DNA of 32,688 bases, taken from IMG/VR virus record IMGVR_UViG_3300033412_000048, positions 1 through 32,688 of that record. The stretch is one strand, 5' to 3'. Both the position numbers and the translations under genes were made by a program. The number at the start of each line of letters is the position of its first letter. The stretch's first letter is position 1. The notes beneath the pieces are model-generated. The model did no database searches and was not told the DNA's origin. It saw nothing but the letters and a program-made list of their open reading frames with translations. Shown one piece after another: positions 23,901 through 30,482 of the stretch. The stretch comes from a virus (Duplodnaviria > Caudoviricetes).

Positions 23901-26083
23901 CCATCCTTTTTGATCTTGGCGGCGACGTTGACCGGCGTCATGACTGTCGTGTCGGCGTTGATCCCCGCGCCCTTGTTCTCGACCGGCTCGGCGAGGGGCG
24001 GCACGTCCAGGGTCGCGGGAGCGGCAGGCGCGGCCGGAGTCGCCTTGGGCGTGTCGTACTGGGGGTGCACGACCTTGGTGACGTTGGAGTGCTCGCCGAA
24101 GATGTTCTTCGACTCGACGGTGGTCTTCTCGGGGATGAGCGTCTGGACGGTGGGCTTGACCGGCTTGTCCTTGGCGAACTGCGGCACCCACTTATCGATC
24201 TTGTTCTGGTCGAGTGCAGGCAGCTCGATGTTGCGGCGCTTCATCCACGCCGACACCGGCGTGTACGCCTTGCCCGACTCGTCGATGTACCCCTGGTGCA
24301 ACTGCTGGTCGGCGGCGGCGGACGCAATCGCATCCTTGACGATGGCAGTCTTCGTGCCGTCGGGCAGCGCCTTCCACTCTTCGGCGTTGAGCTTCTGGTA
24401 CGTCTTGAAACGTTCGGCGAACGACGTCTGGAGGGCGATGATCTTCGGCGGGCTGACGAAGGTGCCCGCCATGGCGGTGGCGTCACTCATCGCGGGCGTG
24501 TAGTTCTTCGCGCTCAGCGGCTCGCCGGGCTTCAGCGGGGTGTGGTGGGCCGCAACGGCCGGGGCCGGGACGGCCTCCTGCATCTCCTGAACTTGCGGAG
24601 GTGCGGCCTTCTCCGCGACCTTCTTCGCGGCGGCTTCCTTGGCGGCCTTCTCGATGCCCGCCTTCACGTTCTCCGGCTTGGACGCCTCGTGATGGGCGAG
24701 CATCTTCGCCACCAGCGGCGGCAGGCCCGGCTTACCTTCGGCGATGTGGTCGGCGATCTGGTGGTTGAACTCCGTGATGCCGACGTCGTTCTGCCCGTGG
24801 CCGAGGCCGGGCATCTTGTCCTGGGCGGCGACCTTGAGCGCGGCCTGGGCCAGCGCGTTGACGGCGTTCTTGAACGGTCCAGCGTCCTTGAGGTCCCCCT
24901 GGGCCTTCATCTTGTCGAAGACTTCGACCAGCTTGCCGAGCACTCCTTCAGGCATCGACTTGACGCCGGGGATGGCGTTGGAGAGCGCGACGATGGCGGC
25001 TACCTGCCCGGCGGAGGTGGGATTGCCCGGCTCGTGCGCCTCCTGGACCTTGGGCGGCGTCGCCTTGGCCTTGTCCAGGATCTCGGCGATTTTCTTCTCG
25101 GCCTCGGCTTTGTGCGCGGGGCCGATCTTGTTGACCGGCTTGGCGGCCTGCCCGAGGGTGACCTTGCCGGGGGCGGCGAGAGGGGCGGCCGCCTTGGCGA
25201 TGGCGGCCTGCTCCTTCTGGAAGTCGGCGTTGGTGGCCTGGGCCTTCTCGACGGCGTCCGGCTTGGCGATGGTGAGCTTGGCCAGCAGCTCGTCAGCCTT
25301 CTTCTGCTGCGGCCCGAACCCATCGATTTTGACCTTGGCCAGCTCGCCACGGATGATCGACTGATCAGCTTCGGACAGGCCAGCCCACTGCTCCGGCGTG
25401 ATCGCGGCGGCCTTGTCCAGCTTGTACTGGGGGGTGACCTTCTCCTGGGCGATGATGAAGGCGATGCCCTTCGAGGCGAGCGTCGGCTTCTTCCCCTTCG
25501 GCCCCTTCTCCACCGGCCCCACCGGCTTGACGGCCTGCCCCAGCGTCACCTTCCCGGGCGTCTGCACGTGCACGCCTGCCGCGTCGGAGACGGCCTGCCC
25601 GGCGGCGTGCGCCTCACCGGTCGCCTTGTTCGCCGTCTGCCCCGCCTGCGGGTGCGGCTTGGCCACGATCGGCGTGAGCAGCTTCTTCGGGATCGGCTTG
25701 CCCTGAGCCTTCAGCGCCTCGATTTTCTTGATCCGGGCGGCGTTGGCCTTCTCGACCTTGGCGGCCTCGATGCTGTGCCACGCGCCGGGGGAGACCTTGA
25801 AGAGGGTTCCCTTCCACCCTTTGCAGGGGCCGGGGTGCAGCGGGTTGAGGCAGGCGGTCAGGGAGCACGTGTCGTGGGCGTCGTCGTCTTGGTAGATGGC
25901 GGCCAGGATTGTCTGTGCGAGGGTTTCCGGGTCGCCGAGGCCAGCCGGGAATGGTCCGGCGGCGGCGATCAGGGAGCAGATCTGCTGGACGTCTTCCAGC
26001 CCGCTCATGATGCTGAAGGTCTGGGGTGAGGCGTTTGCGTGCTCAACCGAGAACTGGATCTTGAGCAGGTCTTTCAGCGCCAT
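20957..26083 (-). CDS. Giant Ala/Lys-rich protein with an N-terminal Cys/His tag and a C-terminal VIP2/C3-type ADP-ribosyltransferase domain
   Basis: 1708 aa; ALYAYTGSSYGNINTKL, VVLYRG, SYSSTS and GENEIILQRG give the R-STS-ExE signature. Confidence 0.85.
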   Translation of the reverse strand: MALKDLLKIQFSVEHANASPQTFSIMSGLEDVQQICSLIAAAGPFPAGLGDPETLAQTILAAIYQDDDAHDTCSLTACLNPLHPGPCKGWKGTLFKVSPGAWHSIEAAKVEKANAARIKKIEALKAQGKPIPKKLLTPIVAKPHPQAGQTANKATGEAHAAGQAVSDAAGVHVQTPGKVTLGQAVKPVGPVEKGPKGKKPTLASKGIAFIIAQEKVTPQYKLDKAAAITPEQWAGLSEADQSIIRGELAKVKIDGFGPQQKKADELLAKLTIAKPDAVEKAQATNADFQKEQAAIAKAAAPLAAPGKVTLGQAAKPVNKIGPAHKAEAEKKIAEILDKAKATPPKVQEAHEPGNPTSAGQVAAIVALSNAIPGVKSMPEGVLGKLVEVFDKMKAQGDLKDAGPFKNAVNALAQAALKVAAQDKMPGLGHGQNDVGITEFNHQIADHIAEGKPGLPPLVAKMLAHHEASKPENVKAGIEKAAKEAAAKKVAEKAAPPQVQEMQEAVPAPAVAAHHTPLKPGEPLSAKNYTPAMSDATAMAGTFVSPPKIIALQTSFAERFKTYQKLNAEEWKALPDGTKTAIVKDAIASAAADQQLHQGYIDESGKAYTPVSAWMKRRNIELPALDQNKIDKWVPQFAKDKPVKPTVQTLIPEKTTVESKNIFGEHSNVTKVVHPQYDTPKATPAAPAAPATLDVPPLAEPVENKGAGINADTTVMTPVNVAAKIKKDGSADLILGGKKVKVGFDGSGHEGTLVMVPGGFYVVTTTSGEKYNLGKGEHVTVANTTTPAPATAPPVHVSNAVAMAQGVAPGASWAKNQLVAYQELSKPEFDSLAPDIQAKIVADLKKGVTKFLDPKKITATNKLLEKFGAAKAAEAPKPDVVKPGINFAQGIKDPDLSAKQAKEMAQAATPVMLFKAAKDAAGLNELDNPDNVEHAMAADDAAEALVGQKTKLYTSAVLDKPEVAKAVAALNDAATAQYHANAVAKAKASAYNKINMKVASGSSDLTPLQKASLIQYHQYLLAHDTPPSSTADIDELKAATKQAENDLADKLHAAVKQANAPKPAAMSNAQIWDRAKELLEDGASTPSTTLDPATVLNIASAGQALADAAAKNYSPAVLADEMVAAKLAKLASVHAKILDATARVNKLETHLKAYHYDALKIGQDKDGNPLTSEDREVIAKQAEMLKAANGHLYADLDAAKAKLTAAEDQFHASAKSAQGYLKPAGPVTLTDYDKGLIPEIYSDAWGKHASKAVLYGVKSYSQKADMKSHSDYPSLTQDLGNLKKLAGVLALSVAEEKAAKEAVPTDPDTGVMLKGPEQDAWLKAASHGDDLASQFASQHKIAQQKLDAIRASVGLSKRSIPKVDAAGVKTAAAEAAYFKTAGYGQPNYGKIASAKQYLVAKLGPSFAVAHKTPSDKAAAKTAKLSATLPPMPAPKVHAKPPTTEIGKNPNAASAASNGYHFIDTVAGGDQHGWVPAQSGAYVSSPEHLAALQGHLANADTKFGLEAQKEFKWSINNMESKGASSSGKSALYAYTGSSYGNINTKLNSLPPGAKKTGSSQITSIDNAFAASPPLEGDVVLYRGFSSPETVFKSGKWNDVNVAGVEWSQRSYSSTSGALSTAQTFAGYNGVVMRIIIPKGLGIKGINAKGGQHPGENEIILQRGLRYRVVADYGKHSGKRNQSEMETVADVTAPTWRAASKLGKLGQKKKA
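25814..25880. repeat. 67-bp direct repeat copy 1 (encodes AHDTCSLTACLNPLHPGPCKGW on the minus strand)
   Basis: 64/67 nt identical to 28057-28123 by manual comparison. Confidence 0.9.
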
Positions 26084-26119
26084 GAGCGCATCCTAGCCGA
26101 TCGTTTTTGATCTTCAGCC

Positions 26120-26836
26120 CTACTGGCGGCCCATCCGCAGACCCCGCACCGCAGTCACATGCCCGTGCATCTGCACGGCCTGCCAGTGCAGATACCGGCC
26201 CAGATCACGCTGATACTGCTCGGGATGGTTGACCCGGGCGTAGCCCTCATCCGGCTCCGCCTTGCCCGCGAACGGGTGCAGGTGCTCGACCAGCACGTCG
26301 GGCAGGTACCGCAGACAGCCAGCCTCTTTGCCCAGTTCCCTGACCGCGTTGTCGCAATACAGGTGGTCGACGTCGCACGGCACCATCCGGCCGAGGATCC
26401 GCACAATGTCGGACGTCATCGCCCACTGGGTGGGCAGCTCCTCCCCGCGCATCCCGTCGTCGCCGTACACGATGCCCGTGCCGAGGCTGTGCAGCTCGTC
26501 GAGGTACCGCCCGGCCCAGCCGTACGTGCGCGGCAGGTGGTCGTCACCGGCGAACCCCAGCGCGAACGGCACCTCGGAGTGCCGCAGGGCGGTCCGGTTG
26601 AGCTTGGCGACCATGGGCCGCCAGCAGGTGGCGATCGACAGCAGCACTTCGGCGGGGGCGATCTCGTCGAACGCCTCCCGGTACGCGTCGATCTCGGGGT
26701 CGTCGGCGTCGACCGCGAACATCAGGGCGGCCCGGTCGAACGCGCCGGTGGCGGCCCACGCCTCGACAATCCGGGGAAGGTGTTGCGGCCTGCCCCGGGA
26801 CGGGACGATCACCAGTAGCTCAGGATCCCCGTTCAC
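26120..26836 (-). CDS. GT2-family (GT-A fold) glycosyltransferase
   Basis: 238 aa; VIVPSRGRP, FAVDADD, GFAGDDH, HLYCDN and VEHLHP motifs; GTGA-coupled. Confidence 0.8.
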   Translation of the reverse strand: MNGDPELLVIVPSRGRPQHLPRIVEAWAATGAFDRAALMFAVDADDPEIDAYREAFDEIAPAEVLLSIATCWRPMVAKLNRTALRHSEVPFALGFAGDDHLPRTYGWAGRYLDELHSLGTGIVYGDDGMRGEELPTQWAMTSDIVRILGRMVPCDVDHLYCDNAVRELGKEAGCLRYLPDVLVEHLHPFAGKAEPDEGYARVNHPEQYQRDLGRYLHWQAVQMHGHVTAVRGLRMGRQ

Positions 26837-28152
26837 GCCTTACCCGCCTCCTTCAGGATCTTCTTCTCACGCGCTTCCCGCTTCGCCTTGGCGACTGCCG
26901 CCTTGGCCTTGTGGTAGGCGGCCCGCTGCTGGGGGCTCATCTTCGCCAGCTTCGCCTTCTCGGCCCGGCGCTCCAGGATCCGCTGGGCGGCCTTACGGAC
27001 GCTCTCCTGGTGCCGCTTAGCCGACCGGTCGATGGTGTCCTGTTCGCGGGTGTCGCGTTCCCCGGTCCGCTTGGCCTGCTCGTTGCTGCGCGCGGCATCC
27101 TTCAGGGTCTGCTGGTGGGGGGCGAGCGCCTTGCGGTATCCGGCGACGGCCCGGCGCGCGGCGGCGGCCAGCTTCGGGTTGCCCGGGTTCTGCGCGGCGA
27201 TCTGCTCGGCGCGGGCGATGGCGTCGGAGAGGCCTTTGACGGCGGTCTGCGCCACCTGGGCGGGTGTTTGCTTGGTGGCGTCCTGCGCGCCCGGCTCGGC
27301 CTGGCCGCGCTTCTGCCCCTTGCACAGGCCCGGCTTGTGGGTCTGCATGCAGAACTCGCCAGTCTGGCAGTCGGCAGCGAGGGTGAGCCCTGCGGTGACG
27401 GAACCGCGATGCTTCTGGTTCTTGTCGCCCAGGTCGACTTGCTTGGCGCGGCCCTTGTCGCCGGGGACCACTTCCAGGGTGATGTGCCGGAACTTCCCCT
27501 TCGGGGTGACGATGAATCCGTTGTCCTTGACGACGCGGTAGTGCGCGCCCCGGTCGAGCAGGATTTCCTTCTCGTCGCCCCATTGGCCGGGCGGTACGCG
27601 GATGGCTCCCATCCCGGCGGGGACGGTGATGTCGGCGATGAGGGGCTGCTTGCCGCTGCTGGTGGTGTGGAAGTGCTTGAGGATGAGGCTGAGGTCGGTG
27701 CCGGTGGACCCGAACGCGTGGTCGGTGTATTCGGCCCCGGTCAGGTCGATGCTGGTGTCTTTGCCGCCGAACGCGGATGGGCTGACCGCGCGTTGCACGG
27801 TGATGGGGTGGGTGAGTTTGGACGCGGCCATGGCTTTGTCCATGGCCGCGATCTCCGCGACGATGCGGGGGTCGTTGGAGCCGTCGCCTTTGCTGGCGCG
27901 CAGCGACCGGTTGATAGGGCCGGAGCCGTTGACGTAGGAGAGCAGGGCCTTCTTCGTGGTGCCCGCGCCGCGCACGGTCTTGGCCTTGTTGTAGGCCCCG
28001 ATGCCGCGCTTGGCACGCCGGGAGACCCGGTCGAATGCTTCCTCGGGGGTGCCGCGCCACCCTTTGCAGGGGCCGGGGTGCAGGGGGTTGAGGCAGGCGG
28101 TCAGGGAGCACGCCTCGTGGGCGGTCTGGGCGGCTTCCCTGAGCGTTGTCAC
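26833..28152 (-). CDS. ADP-ribosyltransferase (VIP2/C3-type) with two Cys/His tags and a basic helical C-terminus
   Basis: 439 aa; ALLSYVNGSGPINRSLR, ITVQRA, AFGSTG and DEKEILLDRG motifs. Confidence 0.82.
   Translation of the reverse strand: MTTLREAAQTAHEACSLTACLNPLHPGPCKGWRGTPEEAFDRVSRRAKRGIGAYNKAKTVRGAGTTKKALLSYVNGSGPINRSLRASKGDGSNDPRIVAEIAAMDKAMAASKLTHPITVQRAVSPSAFGGKDTSIDLTGAEYTDHAFGSTGTDLSLILKHFHTTSSGKQPLIADITVPAGMGAIRVPPGQWGDEKEILLDRGAHYRVVKDNGFIVTPKGKFRHITLEVVPGDKGRAKQVDLGDKNQKHRGSVTAGLTLAADCQTGEFCMQTHKPGLCKGQKRGQAEPGAQDATKQTPAQVAQTAVKGLSDAIARAEQIAAQNPGNPKLAAAARRAVAGYRKALAPHQQTLKDAARSNEQAKRTGERDTREQDTIDRSAKRHQESVRKAAQRILERRAEKAKLAKMSPQQRAAYHKAKAAVAKAKREAREKKILKEAGKA
28057..28123. repeat. 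67-bp direct repeat copy 2 (encodes AHEACSLTACLNPLHPGPCKGW on the minus strand)
   Basis: 64/67 nt identical to 25814-25880. Confidence 0.9.
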
Positions 28153-28400
28153 CGCTTCTCCTCGTCCTCGGTGGCGGTGTCATCTCGGACCATACCGGTT
28201 GGGGCTGAGGTTTTGTCGTCCCACTTCCGGACGGTGGTGGGTGCCGGTTTGGGGTCGGGCCACTTGGTGACGTCGAATTCGACGTCGTCGTCGGCGAACG
28301 GCTCGTACGTGGCCTTCTTAGCATCGTTTTTGATCTTGCTGGGGGGCTTCACGTCCGAGATGAGGCCGTCCTCGGAATCCCAGTGCTTGCCGACAGTCAC
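28149..28400 (-). CDS. Small charged protein, candidate immunity/partner of the MuF-ART
   Basis: 83 aa, Asp/Lys-rich; GTGA-coupled on both sides between two ART genes. Confidence 0.65.
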   Translation of the reverse strand: MTVGKHWDSEDGLISDVKPPSKIKNDAKKATYEPFADDDVEFDVTKWPDPKPAPTTVRKWDDKTSAPTGMVRDDTATEDEEKR

Positions 28401-29914
28401 GCGACTACCTCCACGTCCAGCCGACGCCTGCCCTTCGCGTCCACGCCGCCGTCGAACACCACGCGGTAGCGAACGTCGCGGCCGAGAAGCAGCTCATCCT
28501 CGTGGTTGTTGGGGTTCTCGGGGTGACGCATGTCTACCCCGCCGACCTTGACGTTCTTGGGGATCAGTACGCGCATCACCATGCCGCCCCTCTTCGCGAA
28601 CTCTTCCGCCGTGACGGGATCGGCGCTGGTCGAGCTGTACGCCTTTTGCGTCCACTCCAGGCCGGTCACGTCGTCGTCGTTCCAAGCATCACCGAACGCG
28701 GACGCCGGATCGCTCATGCCCCGGAAGACGACGACGTCCCTGTCGCGAGTGCCTTTCTTCAGCGCCTCGTCGAGGTACGTCTTCATGGTCCGGTCGACGC
28801 CCCCGAGCTTCTCCCCTTTGCCGACGGCAGTGTTCAGGGTTTTGTACCCGACCCCGGAGTAGTGGAGGAGGGCTGCGCGCTGGGCCTTGTCTTTCTTCTC
28901 GCTGAGGCTGCCGAACTGCGCCAGGGCTTCGTTTCCCTTCGCGGCCGAGTCGAATGCGGCGGCAGCCCGGCGCTTTTCGGCCGCCGGGTCGAGCTCGTCT
29001 TTCTTGCCGATCAGCGACTTGAGGAGACCGCCGCCGCCCTTCGTCCACTTGCCCTCATGGTCCCGCTTCTCCATGGGGTTGAATCCGAAGCTGCTGGCCT
29101 TCAGGTACTGCCGGTTCTCCATGCTGGTCGGCTTGTCGGCCTCTTCGAGCAGCGAGATGCACCGGCAGTTGACGACTTCCTTGGCGGGGGCGGTCGGGTC
29201 GTGGGGGTACATCATCTGGAAGCCGCCGACGATGAACGGGGAGCCGAAGGGGGCGGCCTGCCCGTCGGCTTCGACGTGGTCCGGCCGGGTGCGGGCGTCT
29301 TCGGTGGCGAGCCACCGTTTCACCCAGACGGTGCCGGGGTCGTTCTCGACGATCATGGAGAAGGCGTCGTAGGTGCCCCCGTTGTAGGCCCCGACGACTT
29401 CGGTGCGGGCGACGGTGCGGGCGCGGTTCTTCCAGGTGGCCATTCCGGTGTCGTCGAACAGTTGTTCGACTTGGGCGGTGACGTCGGGGATGCTCGCCCC
29501 GTTGGTAGTTGCCGAGTCAATTATCTTCGAGACCACGCCGAACACCTCGTCGGGAACCGCCGCCAGCCGGTTCTCCCGCTGGGCGATCCAGTTCCGCACG
29601 AACGGGCGCGACTCGAACGCCGTGCCGTCGGCGAACAGGTTCTTGTACGGGGCGGCCAGCACCTCACGCGCCACCTCGGCGGTGTACTCCGCCGTGAGGG
29701 CCGTCCACTTCGGCGTCTGCGAGAACACGGCGAGCGGGTCCGGCACCAGCCCCAGGGACGCCACCCCGCCGGTGAACATGGCGGCCCGGACGGCGGCCAG
29801 CCACTCGACCATCATCTCCATGTACGCCTCGTAGAGGGGCGGCTCGTACTGGGCGAAGACTTCCAGGGCGGCCTGCTTCTGGGCGGCGGCGTCCGGCACG
29901 TTCGGCTGGGTCAC
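28397..29914 (-). CDS. MuF (SPP1 gp7-like) minor head protein fused to a C-terminal ADP-ribosyltransferase
   Basis: RARTVARTE, KRWLATEDARTRPDH, F.VGG..MMYPHDP and VVNCRC (MuF); VVVFRG, AYSSTS and HEDELLLGRD (ART); likely GTG start at 29914 after RBS GGAGAGG, overlapping the upstream stop. Confidence 0.9.
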   Translation of the reverse strand: MTQPNVPDAAAQKQAALEVFAQYEPPLYEAYMEMMVEWLAAVRAAMFTGGVASLGLVPDPLAVFSQTPKWTALTAEYTAEVAREVLAAPYKNLFADGTAFESRPFVRNWIAQRENRLAAVPDEVFGVVSKIIDSATTNGASIPDVTAQVEQLFDDTGMATWKNRARTVARTEVVGAYNGGTYDAFSMIVENDPGTVWVKRWLATEDARTRPDHVEADGQAAPFGSPFIVGGFQMMYPHDPTAPAKEVVNCRCISLLEEADKPTSMENRQYLKASSFGFNPMEKRDHEGKWTKGGGGLLKSLIGKKDELDPAAEKRRAAAAFDSAAKGNEALAQFGSLSEKKDKAQRAALLHYSGVGYKTLNTAVGKGEKLGGVDRTMKTYLDEALKKGTRDRDVVVFRGMSDPASAFGDAWNDDDVTGLEWTQKAYSSTSADPVTAEEFAKRGGMVMRVLIPKNVKVGGVDMRHPENPNNHEDELLLGRDVRYRVVFDGGVDAKGRRRLDVEVVA

Positions 29915-30261
29915 GGCCTCTCCCGGTGGTGGCACGAGCAGGTGCAGGGGGACGCGCAGGTCTTGCATTGGGCGGGCCTGCGCGGGTGCCCGGGGGCCAG
30001 CTCCTGGGCGGAGCAGTCGGCGTGCCGCTCGTGGCGGCAGTGGGTGGACCAGTATTTGTGCTCGCCGCTGTCGAAGACGGTGTCGGTTTTTCCCCGGTCG
30101 AGGGGCCCGGCTTCCGCGCGCAGGAGCTGGATGCCGTAGATGATGCCGCTGGTCTCGTCGGGGGTGAGGTCGGCGGGCTGGCCCAGTTCGTGCTTGGCCT
30201 TCAGCTTGGTGAGGGCGCTGGCGAAGTTGGCGAACTTGCGGATCTGCTCGGGGGTCATCAC
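29911..30261 (-). CDS. Cys/His-rich hypothetical protein
   Basis: 116 aa; YWSTHCRHERHADC...CKTCASPCTCSCHH; coupled to both neighbours. Confidence 0.7.
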   Translation of the reverse strand: MMTPEQIRKFANFASALTKLKAKHELGQPADLTPDETSGIIYGIQLLRAEAGPLDRGKTDTVFDSGEHKYWSTHCRHERHADCSAQELAPGHPRRPAQCKTCASPCTCSCHHRERP

Positions 30262-30482
30262 TTCGCCCTGTTCGCGTCGTTTTCGTCGGGTTCTGCGGGG
30301 TGTTTCCCCGCGTTTTCTGGCACTCGTACCGGCCAGTAACTAGCTGAGCGGCTAGCCCACGCGGGCCGGGCGGCGACAGCCGACCGGTAGACCCGGGACG
30401 CCCCGGCGGGGCCCGGCACGTACGGGATGACGGAACGCGAAACGTACACGGTGCCGCGCATCTCCGCGTCGTTTTCGATCAT
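30258..30482 (-). CDS. Hypothetical protein
   Basis: 74 aa; ATGA overlap with the portal stop. Confidence 0.5.
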   Translation of the reverse strand: MIENDAEMRGTVYVSRSVIPYVPGPAGASRVYRSAVAARPAWASRSASYWPVRVPENAGKHPAEPDENDANRAK

